The position numbers and the translations under genes are program-made. Shown piece by piece: positions 36,954 to 46,092 of a stretch of 64,000 bases of DNA; within the stretch, counting starts at the first letter, position 1, and each line of letters opens with the position of its first letter. Source of the stretch: an uncultured virus (IMG/VR IMGVR_UViG_3300035190_000668) (Duplodnaviria; Heunggongvirae; Uroviricota; Caudoviricetes); IMG/VR virus record IMGVR_UViG_3300035190_000668. The stretch is one strand, 5' to 3'. Under the pieces are notes generated by a model. It did no database searches, had not been told where the DNA came from, and was given only the letters and a program-made list of their open reading frames with translations.

Positions 36954-37652
36954 TTATCTAAGATCTTCATAATCAAGACCCATGCCAATTCCAAACCCTG
37001 CGCTTCTAGCATTTTGTCCTTGAAGGGCTAAAATATCTTTGCTATCACTTGTTGCTCCACCACTAAATACTCTTGCTTTAAGGTTTTCCCATTCTTGTTG
37101 ACCACGATCAGAGTCATTTGAATCTTCTATATCTACTCCCTGTATTGCTGCAAAAAACTTCTTTTCCTGATAATCTAGTTCTCTTTTACTTGATAGTATT
37201 GCCATTATTTCTGCTAATGACAAAGACTCTTCTAGCTCATTATAGTCTTTCCATATACCCAGCAAGAATACCTCTGATTCAATTTTTGCTAAATCAAACT
37301 CTTCCCATGTTGGTCCAGCATCTCCCTTTTGTGCCTGAGTTTTTACATCTTCATCAGACTCTGGGGCTACCTTAATGTTTCCAGCAATTTCTAGTATTTC
37401 ATGCATTGTTGGTAAATCTATGTTATTTTCAACATCTTCTACTGTTTTTGATATTATTGGACAATACTGCTTCATTGCAATTCGTGTGCATTCAAGCAAA
37501 ACTAGCATAGCTTCATCATCATCTTTGGTATATCTTATTTTATCAAATGCATCCATAAACTCTCTAAGATACTTAATCTTAAGAGGCATTGTCTCTATCT
37601 CTGTGCCATCAAATAAAAATATATTTTTAGTCTTATATATAGTTGTTGCCAT
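36954..37652 (-). CDS. Tail assembly chaperone, long (gpGT-like) paralogue
   Basis: G-like N-domain plus C-terminal W..Y.ELEESLS..E domain typical of T extensions. Confidence 0.75.
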   Translation of the reverse strand: MATTIYKTKNIFLFDGTEIETMPLKIKYLREFMDAFDKIRYTKDDDEAMLVLLECTRIAMKQYCPIISKTVEDVENNIDLPTMHEILEIAGNIKVAPESDEDVKTQAQKGDAGPTWEEFDLAKIESEVFLLGIWKDYNELEESLSLAEIMAILSSKRELDYQEKKFFAAIQGVDIEDSNDSDRGQQEWENLKARVFSGGATSDSKDILALQGQNARSAGFGIGMGLDYEDLR

Positions 37653-37661
37653 AGTCTATTA

Positions 37662-37670
37662 AGTTTACCA
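37662..37670 (-). promoter_or_regulatory. Extended -10 promoter TGGTAAACT
   Basis: 9 nt upstream of ATG 37652; no SD present. Confidence 0.55.
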
Positions 37671-37671
37671 C

Positions 37672-37707
37672 AAAAACAACAAAGCCCACCTCGTTATGAG
37701 ATGGGCT
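37672..37707 (-). terminator. Intrinsic terminator after the tail tube gene
   Basis: Minus strand AGCCCATCTC-ATAAC-GAGGTGGGCT followed by TTGTTGTTTTT. Confidence 0.8.
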
Positions 37708-37729
37708 AAGTCGTATTATTAAGTTGTTA

Positions 37730-38371
37730 TTATGAAGCGTCGCCCCATGTACGGTCAACGATCTTACCGTATGAGGAAGAAGTATCATCTGGTAGCAAAC
37801 GGAATGAAACCTCAAACATTGAAGCTTCGTCACGCTTTGCAGATACTGTTACATTTTCAATTGAAAGTGCACGGTATGCTATGTAAACACGCTCTACAAC
37901 ATCAGAGTCTTCACAGTCACCAGTTCCTGGTCCAATTGCAACGAGTCCTCGCTCAACTGGGCATTCACCGATATCTCCTGCTGACAAGTCTAATGTCTTG
38001 TCTCCATTAAGTGCTGTAGTAAGCTTTGTGTCCTTATATGCTAAAGCCAAAAGAAGATTTTCTAGTGTAGCCTCAGCAAATGCTGTTGCAAGATTAACTT
38101 GCATTCCTTGCTTGTAAAGCTTAGCAACGTCAAGAACCTGGTCAACCTGTACTTCACCAAAATCTGGTTGGAATTGAATCTCAATACCATTCATTGTGTA
38201 ACCAACATTAGTGTAGTTAGCGTCGTTTGTTAGTGTCGTTCTGTATGAATCTGCATTAACAAAAGCTGCAGGAGCTGCTGCACCTGTTGGCGTTAATACT
38301 GAATCTGCGACAAAAAGTGCTGCTGCTCCAACAATAATCTTATTGCTAGACCCACGCTTGTAATCTGCCAT
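37730..38371 (-). CDS. Major tail tube protein
   Basis: IIVGAA.LF, VGYT..G, VDQ..D, AEATLENL motifs; strong SD GAGGTG; own promoter and terminator. Confidence 0.85.
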   Translation of the reverse strand: MADYKRGSSNKIIVGAAALFVADSVLTPTGAAAPAAFVNADSYRTTLTNDANYTNVGYTMNGIEIQFQPDFGEVQVDQVLDVAKLYKQGMQVNLATAFAEATLENLLLALAYKDTKLTTALNGDKTLDLSAGDIGECPVERGLVAIGPGTGDCEDSDVVERVYIAYRALSIENVTVSAKRDEASMFEVSFRLLPDDTSSSYGKIVDRTWGDAS

Positions 38372-38433
38372 TTATTCACCTCTTTCTGTAAAAATAGATA
38401 TTAAATTGTACGGCGTTGTGTTTCCTCAAGTCA

Positions 38434-38442
38434 ATTATAACA
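38434..38442 (-). promoter_or_regulatory. Extended -10 promoter TGTTATAAT
   Basis: Intergenic, upstream of the tail tube gene. Confidence 0.65.
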
Positions 38443-38447
38443 GTGTT

Positions 38448-39032
38448 TTATAGGACTATTTTTGTGGCTAACTTAGGCTCTGGGGTCCAAACATTGTTTG
38501 TAAGGTCTGGCATTTGGTGGTAATCAAAGTCAATGATTATCTTGTTACCGCCATAGGTACGGGCTGTGCCAAAGTCTATAATATCTCTGGTCTCCTCAAG
38601 CTGGTATACCTTAAAGTTGTGGAAGTAAAACATGTTATCTATTAGATCTGGGTTCTGCTCTGTACCTAGGTTTATCTGTCTGTTAGAGCACCAGTTATTT
38701 ACCTCTTCTGCTGTTTCGTCAAAACGATCCATAAGTCTAAGGACTGACTCTTGAATTTGAACCATATTTTCTACAGTATTTTCTGCTGTTGCATAGAAAT
38801 AATAAAGAAGCTGCTCACACTTGATGTGTGGGAATCCCTTACGATTCATTTTAATTAATCTATCCCAAGTAGCCATTACGCCACCTTCTGGAAACATTAC
38901 TGTCAGATTTTCTAGGGTAGATGGTGTTGATGGAAAAAATGGGGTTTCAATATCTGTTAGCTCCTGAACCTTAGCCTGTAAGTATTTATTAATCCAAAGA
39001 ACTGGTGTATTTAGTGGTGAATCATTTGCCAT
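38448..39032 (-). CDS. Probable tail terminator/completion protein
   Basis: Synteny: directly upstream of the tail tube gene. Confidence 0.55.
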   Translation of the reverse strand: MANDSPLNTPVLWINKYLQAKVQELTDIETPFFPSTPSTLENLTVMFPEGGVMATWDRLIKMNRKGFPHIKCEQLLYYFYATAENTVENMVQIQESVLRLMDRFDETAEEVNNWCSNRQINLGTEQNPDLIDNMFYFHNFKVYQLEETRDIIDFGTARTYGGNKIIIDFDYHQMPDLTNNVWTPEPKLATKIVL

Positions 39033-39706
39033 TATCTAATCCCCGCATTCGCTATCCATCTGTAACCTACTTGGTAGCCCTTGGTCTTGCCAGAGGCTTT
39101 TCCTGACTTTAAGTTTCTCTTGTATGCTACTGGGTTACTTAAATATTCAGACATACCGCTTGACTTTAGAAAAGCCTGAGTAAAGTATCTATTAAAAAAT
39201 GTGTTTACTACATTTTCAAATGCACCCTTAGTGGCTGGACCACCAGGTGATTGAATAAAAACCTCGCCTTTAGTAAAGACTGTTTCTCCACCATCTTCAA
39301 AGACCAGCACGTTTGACTTGCGTGGTCTTATGGTTACTGGAGTGCCTTCTTCCATTATTTTTGCCTTGTTATAAAAAGGTACTGATGAGCCATCTTTAAT
39401 TGATGTTGATTGCTTCAATGTTGACACAAACGAAAGGCCAAGGTTGCTTATTGTGTAGTTTATATCGTATAGACGTGCATCAGGACTTCCCACTTTATAC
39501 CATTCGTAAATATGGTGTAGTGCTTCTGGATTTACCCTGGCATTTGAATCTATATATTGTTCTAATAATTCTTTTGTCATTATTCCCATGTTGTTTAAAA
39601 ATGGTGTTTTTCCTGCTTGAACCCCATCTAAAAATCCTATTGAATAGTCAATAATATTCTTCATATCTTTTTTAAAAGCAGCGTTGTTCATTATGACTTT
39701 CATCAT
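39032..39706 (-). CDS. Neck/tail-completion protein
   Basis: Synteny; KA.IMEEG..VTIRP..VL.F motif. Confidence 0.55.
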   Translation of the reverse strand: MMKVIMNNAAFKKDMKNIIDYSIGFLDGVQAGKTPFLNNMGIMTKELLEQYIDSNARVNPEALHHIYEWYKVGSPDARLYDINYTISNLGLSFVSTLKQSTSIKDGSSVPFYNKAKIMEEGTPVTIRPRKSNVLVFEDGGETVFTKGEVFIQSPGGPATKGAFENVVNTFFNRYFTQAFLKSSGMSEYLSNPVAYKRNLKSGKASGKTKGYQVGYRWIANAGIR

Positions 39707-40149
39707 AGGTCACTTGCCTGATTCTCTGAACGTCTCAAGACTACCTTATAATACTCAACATTTCCAAATGGTCCAACTATAGCTTCAGTTGATGCTATTT
39801 CATAGATTGTTGATCTTCCATTTCTAGGGCCAGAAGTTTCTAGGTATACGTCTTCTTGTTGTGGTGTTCTTATGTTTGTTACAACTACATTAGTTACTGA
39901 ATTTCTGTTGTTTGATGAAGATACTCTAAGGTCTGTTTTGGTTCTTCCTAATAGTATATTTTCTTTAGTTATATTAACATTTGGCTTAACATCTTCAGAT
40001 GCTGATTGGCCAGTAGGAGCAAAGTTGCAGGCAATAGATCTATCAAGAATCCACTGCTTCTTTACGTTACCGTATGCTCCCTGATCTACTATTGGATAGT
40101 AAACATCTGCAAGCATTGGGTATATAAAGTCTGTTGGCTCGCATTGCAT
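39703..40149 (-). CDS. Head closure (stopper) protein
   Basis: Synteny; D.YG...K.W beta-rich pattern. Confidence 0.6.
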   Translation of the reverse strand: MQCEPTDFIYPMLADVYYPIVDQGAYGNVKKQWILDRSIACNFAPTGQSASEDVKPNVNITKENILLGRTKTDLRVSSSNNRNSVTNVVVTNIRTPQQEDVYLETSGPRNGRSTIYEIASTEAIVGPFGNVEYYKVVLRRSENQASDL

Positions 40150-41111
40150 TAAAGAATACCTATTCTTGTGATACCTTGCTTATATTTATCAAGAATCTTA
40201 TCAACGATCATATTTCCAGTACCGTCTAGAACTGTCTTGTCAAACTGAACTCTAAACTGTTCTGTATTGTATGATGTCACATATCGCTTGTAATAATCTA
40301 CCTTGCCACACTTAACATCTTCAATTAGCATTAATGTTGCCTCATAAATATCGTGAGGAACAACCTTGTATCCTATTTCAAGCAAGAATAGATAATCCCA
40401 TCCTTCTGGGAAGGCTGCACCAGTTGCGAATGTATATGCATTTTCGCTGTAGTCTGTGTCATAAACATTGAATGAGTCTGATGGAGCAACATGAAGGTTC
40501 ATACCCTTTTGCTCAGATCTATTTCCAACTAATCCTGCTGTTTCTGTATTTTTCATAATAGCAGTTTTATCTTTTGTTAATTCATATACCCATTCACCAA
40601 GAACAGGAGACTCTAAAGTTGCATCATATACTAGCTCTGAGTTTTCATACGCTTTTAAAATTTTATAAGTTCTGTCCCAAATAGGAAGGTAGTCCGTTCC
40701 TTGTCCAGTCTTATCAAGCCACTCAACCTTATAGTAAAAACCACCTGTAATTGAATCAATGATAGCTCTTGCAATTCTTTCATGCTGAGCATACTCTGCA
40801 ACCTCAGATGCTGTTGTTCCTAGCTTGTTAGGGTTTACGTAAGGTCTTTTTACTTCTAGGTTATCCTCAACAACGATTGAGTCTTGATCTACAGAATCCT
40901 GATAAATAACCAGGTAGTAGCTGTCGTCATACTTAGTAAAATCTCCAGAAAGTTCTATTGATACCTTGGCATCTGCAGAAGACTCTACTTCATATTCTGC
41001 AAGTATGTCGTTTCTGTCTTTGTCCTTGATATGAACTATATGATCCGTGTCTGGCTCTGCAACGGTATACGTGACAAGAATAGGATATGGTGGTAATCTT
41101 AAAGCTTCCAT
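40149..41111 (-). CDS. Head-to-tail adaptor
   Basis: A.AIIDSITG..F, GY..VP.DI.EAT..L, VD.IL.KY motifs. Confidence 0.7.
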   Translation of the reverse strand: MEALRLPPYPILVTYTVAEPDTDHIVHIKDKDRNDILAEYEVESSADAKVSIELSGDFTKYDDSYYLVIYQDSVDQDSIVVEDNLEVKRPYVNPNKLGTTASEVAEYAQHERIARAIIDSITGGFYYKVEWLDKTGQGTDYLPIWDRTYKILKAYENSELVYDATLESPVLGEWVYELTKDKTAIMKNTETAGLVGNRSEQKGMNLHVAPSDSFNVYDTDYSENAYTFATGAAFPEGWDYLFLLEIGYKVVPHDIYEATLMLIEDVKCGKVDYYKRYVTSYNTEQFRVQFDKTVLDGTGNMIVDKILDKYKQGITRIGIL

Positions 41112-41114
41112 GGG

Positions 41115-41453
41115 TTACTTACCGTATGCTCTCTTCACTTCTTCTGGAGAAGCTGTGCGTACAGACTTGTTTGTTATCCATTTATCAGCATCCTCCTTAG
41201 TGACTATGTTATACCCCTTGGTTAACTCACCAACGCCATTCCAGTAAAGATTGCGAACTGAATAAATTGCTACCTTCTCTTTTGGCTCTTGCTTTTTAAC
41301 CACTAGCTCTGATGACTCTTTAGGCACAAAGCTAAAAATTACCTCTAAAATATCATTTTTTGTACTTACCCCAAATAGGTCAATGTTATTTTTCTTTGCG
41401 TATGACTTTAGTTCAAAGACAGTTTTACTTTTTAATTCATCTATTAATGACAT
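41115..41453 (-). CDS. Hypothetical protein with Rho-N/HeH-like N-terminus
   Basis: LKSKTVFELKSYAKKNNI..KNDIL; SD GGAGG supports ATG 41453. Confidence 0.65.
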   Translation of the reverse strand: MSLIDELKSKTVFELKSYAKKNNIDLFGVSTKNDILEVIFSFVPKESSELVVKKQEPKEKVAIYSVRNLYWNGVGELTKGYNIVTKEDADKWITNKSVRTASPEEVKRAYGK

Positions 41454-41469
41454 TGTATCCTCCACTGCT

Positions 41470-41478
41470 ATTATATCA
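41470..41478 (-). promoter_or_regulatory. Extended -10 promoter TGATATAAT
   Basis: Just downstream of the capsid hairpin. Confidence 0.65.
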
Positions 41479-41489
41479 GAATATGACTA

Positions 41490-41517
41490 AGGGAGACAGT
41501 TTTTACGCTGTCTCCCT
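41490..41517 (-). terminator. Hairpin/terminator after the major capsid gene
   Basis: Perfect 10-bp inverted repeat AGGGAGACAG / CTGTCTCCCT; U-tract is weak. Confidence 0.7.
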
Positions 41518-41535
41518 CGTCAAGTTAATTTGAGA

Positions 41536-42663
41536 TTATGACTCTACTGCAGCATCTGCGTAAGCAACTGCATCAAGCTCTTCCCATTGTAGACCAAAGC
41601 GGACGAATACTGTGTACTCAATTGTGTCCTTCTTTGGCTGGTATGTGCGGTTTACAGTGATATCTCGCTGGAATCCCCATACACGGTTTGAAGGGAATGT
41701 AAGATCTACATAGCCTGCTGGGTAGTATGGAACTTCCTGAACGTCAACACCAAGAACACGTGTTGTACGTGCTCCACCAAATGTCTGTGCTCCACCATCT
41801 AGGTAAGCTTGACGATTAGCCTGTGTTGATCCTGCGATCTGTCCTGCAAATGCTTCTGCAACTGCATCAGCAAGTGTACCGTTATTCTTAACGATTCCCT
41901 GGAATGCATCTGTACCTGCGTAGAACTTTAGATTGTTCTTGATAGCACGGTACTTGCGTGGCATTGCTAGGATGATATCCTGCATAACTTCTGGTGTCCA
42001 TGCGTTATCTGTTACAGTAACGATTGACTCATGTGCTCCACCATCTGTCTTAACACGGTTTACGAAACCTTCCATGATTGAAAGGAAGTCACCTGTTGAA
42101 CCATCACCATTAATGGCAAGGTCTTCAATATCGTTTGCAAATGCATTGGTCATCAAGCGAACTAGATGATCCTCAAGTGCTGCGCCTTCAATATTGTCTT
42201 CTAGTGCTTCTGTTGAAACTTCCCAGTCAAGACGAATCTTCTTGGTTGTAAGTTCTACCTTAGAGAATGTTGCACCTGCATTTTCAAATGTAGGTTGTGC
42301 CTGTGCTGCTGCACGGATGACACGCTCTCCAACGTTGACCTTCTCAAGTTCCATTGTGTTAGCACGCATTGTAACTCTACGTCCATCTTTAGCTAGTACA
42401 GTTGCATCCCATACATAATCAATAAAGCGACGTGCCTGCTCTGGTGCTAGAATACCACCTGGTGTACCAGTTGGGTTTACTGCGTTTGGACCAGTAGTTA
42501 ATCCGTAATTTGCTGTCGCAATATTACCAAGTGAAGCTGCTGGACTTAGATTTCCATCGGGTCCTTGTGCTACTGCACCACCAATTCCACCTGATACGGC
42601 AACGCCATCACCTGTGGGATGATTAAAAGACTTTTGAAGATCTGTGTTTGTTGTTTCTGACAT
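41536..42663 (-). CDS. Major capsid protein (HK97 fold)
   Basis: GGIL.PEQ..RFID, VS.EALEDNIEG, FANDIEDLAINGD; SD GGAGGTG supports ATG 42663. Confidence 0.92.
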   Translation of the reverse strand: MSETTNTDLQKSFNHPTGDGVAVSGGIGGAVAQGPDGNLSPAASLGNIATANYGLTTGPNAVNPTGTPGGILAPEQARRFIDYVWDATVLAKDGRRVTMRANTMELEKVNVGERVIRAAAQAQPTFENAGATFSKVELTTKKIRLDWEVSTEALEDNIEGAALEDHLVRLMTNAFANDIEDLAINGDGSTGDFLSIMEGFVNRVKTDGGAHESIVTVTDNAWTPEVMQDIILAMPRKYRAIKNNLKFYAGTDAFQGIVKNNGTLADAVAEAFAGQIAGSTQANRQAYLDGGAQTFGGARTTRVLGVDVQEVPYYPAGYVDLTFPSNRVWGFQRDITVNRTYQPKKDTIEYTVFVRFGLQWEELDAVAYADAAVES

Positions 42664-42689
42664 ATTGTTCACCTCCTAGTGATTTTGTT

Positions 42690-43238
42690 TTAGTTAAATA
42701 GGTCGGAATTTGTGAGGAAACGTCCGCCCCATAGGGATTTCTGAATCACTTTAGGTGATTCCTGTACAATCTCGCCGAGATCGCCAGACTTGCGGAAAGC
42801 GGTATCTGCAACTACGGCATCTACGGTCTTTCCAAACTCATTAAAGCTTCCCTTAACTTCCTTAACTTCCTCTGTTACGGATTCAAGAGACTTTGTAATT
42901 GCATCAACATTAGCTTGCATAGCCTTTACTGTTGCTGCTAGATCGCTCAAGGCATTAGTTACAGAGTTCTGGATTTCAGAAACTGCTTTAGCAACTTCTG
43001 CTGTTGCTGTTGCAACCTCAACGATTGCTTCGTCAGCCTTCTCTGTTACTTCTTCAATAGAAGGAGCACTAACCTCTTCAACAACTGCATCTGACTTTTC
43101 TGCTACAACTTCTTCTGTAACTTCTAGTGACTTTGCAACTGCCTCTGCAGGAGCCTCTGGAGCAACCTCAACTTCATTAACTACCTCTGCTGCTGGTGCT
43201 GCTAGAGCATCAACAACTGCTGTTGTTTCTTCTGTCAT
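42690..43238 (-). CDS. Nested in-frame scaffolding protein (internal start)
   Basis: AAGGAGG (43247-43253) lies 8 nt before in-frame ATG 43238 at the protease/scaffold boundary. Confidence 0.65.
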   Translation of the reverse strand: MTEETTAVVDALAAPAAEVVNEVEVAPEAPAEAVAKSLEVTEEVVAEKSDAVVEEVSAPSIEEVTEKADEAIVEVATATAEVAKAVSEIQNSVTNALSDLAATVKAMQANVDAITKSLESVTEEVKEVKGSFNEFGKTVDAVVADTAFRKSGDLGEIVQESPKVIQKSLWGGRFLTNSDLFN

Positions 43239-43997
43239 AGGATTATCCTCCTTTGCTATCTTAATTGTTCTAATGCCTTTTGCACTATCAACTAAGAACT
43301 TTATCATTTCTACTTTTTCTGAATCATTTTTTTCAACAAAACCAATGTTTTTCATTTCTTCGCCAGTAACTGGACTTACCTCTGATTCGTTTGCAGATAG
43401 AGTTACTATTCCAGACTCTGAATCATAAAATACATTCTCAACAACTACATTAGCTGATGAACCTGTCAGTGTGTCTACTCCGTCAACCTTTTCAACGGAT
43501 ACAATATTTGCAAATTGATTTGCTGGGGAATCTACAAGACTCAACTCAATCAAATCATATTCTTTAATAACTCTAATTGTCTTATCTGCTTTTTCATCAT
43601 ATGCATCATCCCACTTGTTCATTCGTCCCCCAATAGAAAAACCAGTGTAGGTTCCATCAAGAACCTTTTCCCATGCATCCTGTGCGCCCTTTGAGATATA
43701 CGCTGATACAAAAACACCCTTATAAAACTTCTTTGACTCTGGGTCAAAATACTTTTCTTCTTTAAATGAAACCATCTTGCCTACTGCTGATGGTTGATGC
43801 ATTTCTCTGATATTTCCACGGAACTTTGCAAATGCTTGCATAGATGCTTCTGTTGTGACGATATCGTCTTGCTTATCAAGGTTATCCAAAGATGCAAATC
43901 CAGAAACGATGCGCTTCTCTTTGTCTACTTTTGTAAGTGGCATTGACAGACGTACATTATCGCCGTCTGTTGACCAATGTGCTTTATTTATATTCAT
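42690..43997 (-). CDS. Prohead protease with C-terminal scaffold domain
   Basis: VSGFAS..D.Q.D, REMH, GFSIGG, ELSLVDSPAN; acidic Ala/Glu coiled-coil C-terminus. Confidence 0.9.
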   Translation of the reverse strand: MNINKAHWSTDGDNVRLSMPLTKVDKEKRIVSGFASLDNLDKQDDIVTTEASMQAFAKFRGNIREMHQPSAVGKMVSFKEEKYFDPESKKFYKGVFVSAYISKGAQDAWEKVLDGTYTGFSIGGRMNKWDDAYDEKADKTIRVIKEYDLIELSLVDSPANQFANIVSVEKVDGVDTLTGSSANVVVENVFYDSESGIVTLSANESEVSPVTGEEMKNIGFVEKNDSEKVEMIKFLVDSAKGIRTIKIAKEDNPMTEETTAVVDALAAPAAEVVNEVEVAPEAPAEAVAKSLEVTEEVVAEKSDAVVEEVSAPSIEEVTEKADEAIVEVATATAEVAKAVSEIQNSVTNALSDLAATVKAMQANVDAITKSLESVTEEVKEVKGSFNEFGKTVDAVVADTAFRKSGDLGEIVQESPKVIQKSLWGGRFLTNSDLFN

Positions 43998-44006
43998 GAC
44001 GATTCT

Positions 44007-44015
44007 ATTATACCA
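44007..44015 (-). promoter_or_regulatory. Extended -10 promoter TGGTATAAT for protease and capsid
   Basis: 9 nt upstream of ATG 43997; no SD. Confidence 0.65.
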
Positions 44016-44037
44016 AACCTTTTTATATGTTTCTCAA

Positions 44038-45642
44038 CTATTGAGACGCTCTACCTTCACCTTGTGGATTGCGTCCAGTTGTGGTTGCAGGCCCATCAGA
44101 TTGACTATTGTTTCGTTCAGTATCTCTTGCTCTATTGCCAGATGCATTTGCTCTAGCATCTGTTGCTTGTCTTGGAGACATTTCAAATGGAGTATCTCCA
44201 TCTGGATGTTGAGGAAGTCCAATTGCTTCACGAGCCTCATTTGGCATCATAACCTGAGTCTTAACATAACGCTCAAGAATTTGTGACTGAGTAATCTCAT
44301 CTGTCAATGTAAGTTCATTGAATCTAAGCTCAAGAATGTCTGTCTTTTCCTTGATGATCTTGCTAATGACTTTGTTTAAATGACCTTGTGCAGGACGTGA
44401 AACTTGCTCCTTGAATGTTCTATCTTGTGCAATTGATGCTGCGATTGCTGCTGAGTCAGTACCGCCAAGTTTTGAAATTGGTACCTGATGAGCAACAAGA
44501 ATATCATCACGATTTTGCTTACGGTACTCTTTGAATGAACCATCTTGAATACCGTTCTCAATTGGCTCCATCTTAAACTCAACCTTGTTCTGGTCAGTAT
44601 CTCCAGGAAGTGGGATGTAAAGAGTTCTGTGGGACTGTGCCTTTAGACCTGTTTGCAAGAAACGGAACATCTTATCTTCTGCTTCTCCAGAAAGCTTAGC
44701 TCCCTTTAGTGTCACAACATATCGTGGAACAGCCTTGTTCTCAAAGTAATCAATATTGTATTGTGAGGCAAGCTGATCACCAATAAGTGAAGGAAGTGCT
44801 GCAATAATATCAGGAATGCCGTAGTAAGTGTTGAGTGGAGAATATTCCTTAATATGAATAATTTCATTTGGTCGTGGATCTGCTGTTACTGGGTTAGGAT
44901 TCTTTGCTCCAAAGTTTCTAAAGTAAACTACCTTTTGTCCAATGATCTGCATGTATCCATCACGTAGACGACGAATACGAACTGTTGTTGAAGGTATGTG
45001 TCCAATATATCCAATTTCACCATTAACGGTACGACCTATTTCTAGATATCCGTTTCCAGTTGATTCAACATCTGTGTAAACTTTTTCCATTGTCTTTGTA
45101 AAAGAATCATCATCGTTTAGATTTTCTAACCAGTCACGCATTTCAAGCTTCATTCTTTCAATGCGCTTGCGTGCTTTATCTGTAGCACTTTGTTCTTTAC
45201 CTTCAAAAGAAAGCATAGTGCGATCTGTTACTTCAAACGAATATCCAAGACCAACAATGTTTGCAACCTTTGCATCAATAGCAGCATGGTTAGCAAATGA
45301 TGTATCATAAAAATTTGCAAGTTCGTATAGGTTATATGGAGGAGTAATTACATCAAATAGACCGTAACCATTTCTGTATACCGTTCCAGGATTGATAGCC
45401 TTAGATCCAGCATCTACTCCTGAAGGTGTTGTATTAGCAGAATCCATGTAGGCCTGACTAGTTACATCTAAAGCTTTTCCAATATTTCTAGCAGTTCTAC
45501 GACGAAAGTTTTGATCTAGGCCAGAGTAATCCTTTAGGTTATCCCAAGACTTATTAAAGGGATCTTGCTCTTTAAAAGAATTTGGTGCTTGTTCTTGTGT
45601 ATTCAAACTTGCAGAAATATACTGATACTCTTCATTAGCCAT
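44038..45642 (-). CDS. Portal protein (PBSX/HK97-like)
   Basis: TGNGYLE, NEIIHIK..P..YYGIP, YFEN.A.P, AHQVP..LG, PNEARE.IGL; start moved to ATG 45642. Confidence 0.92.
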   Translation of the reverse strand: MANEEYQYISASLNTQEQAPNSFKEQDPFNKSWDNLKDYSGLDQNFRRRTARNIGKALDVTSQAYMDSANTTPSGVDAGSKAINPGTVYRNGYGLFDVITPPYNLYELANFYDTSFANHAAIDAKVANIVGLGYSFEVTDRTMLSFEGKEQSATDKARKRIERMKLEMRDWLENLNDDDSFTKTMEKVYTDVESTGNGYLEIGRTVNGEIGYIGHIPSTTVRIRRLRDGYMQIIGQKVVYFRNFGAKNPNPVTADPRPNEIIHIKEYSPLNTYYGIPDIIAALPSLIGDQLASQYNIDYFENKAVPRYVVTLKGAKLSGEAEDKMFRFLQTGLKAQSHRTLYIPLPGDTDQNKVEFKMEPIENGIQDGSFKEYRKQNRDDILVAHQVPISKLGGTDSAAIAASIAQDRTFKEQVSRPAQGHLNKVISKIIKEKTDILELRFNELTLTDEITQSQILERYVKTQVMMPNEAREAIGLPQHPDGDTPFEMSPRQATDARANASGNRARDTERNNSQSDGPATTTGRNPQGEGRASQ

Positions 45643-46045
45643 TTTCGTACGCTTCTCTTCCATATGTATTTAGTGTATCTTTTGCAGCCTTCCAAGCACC
45701 TAAGTCATTTTGTGAAGGAATCAAACCATTAACCATACGGTCAAGCTGCTCCGAATGCTCTTCTTCTGAAATGCGTGTAAGTCCAGGAACGAAGATTGCT
45801 TCTCCGTCACCTGCATCACCATAGTATTTTGCTGCATTCTTTAGCTCAGTTATTTTTGAAATATCGCTACGCATGGACTCAATGTTGAGCACATTTCCGT
45901 TGCCGTCAGTAAACCATCGCCCATTAGCCTTTTTATATACGTAAAGACCCCAGTCGTAGTTCTTTTCAATTACCTTTTTACGTACGTTTCCAACAATTGG
46001 CAAACCAGTGTTTGGATTAATTAATGGATTATTTGTTTTACTCAT
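45635..46045 (-). CDS. Hypothetical protein upstream of portal
   Basis: ATG 46045 lies 7 nt from the TGGTATACT promoter. Confidence 0.7.
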   Translation of the reverse strand: MSKTNNPLINPNTGLPIVGNVRKKVIEKNYDWGLYVYKKANGRWFTDGNGNVLNIESMRSDISKITELKNAAKYYGDAGDGEAIFVPGLTRISEEEHSEQLDRMVNGLIPSQNDLGAWKAAKDTLNTYGREAYENG

Positions 46046-46052
46046 AACCATA

Positions 46053-46061
46053 AGTATACCA
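46053..46061 (-). promoter_or_regulatory. Extended -10 promoter TGGTATACT (leaderless spacing)
   Basis: Intergenic consensus match. Confidence 0.65.
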
Positions 46062-46092
46062 TAATGATGCTAATGTGAACCACTATCTACCA

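Noticed and set aside
42790..43428. Long plus-strand ORFs (also 1757..2323, 27907..28443, 34802..35272, 50338..50877 and others)
   Set aside because: Antisense shadows of Ala/Thr/Val-rich minus-strand genes; no SD, promoter or recognisable motifs.
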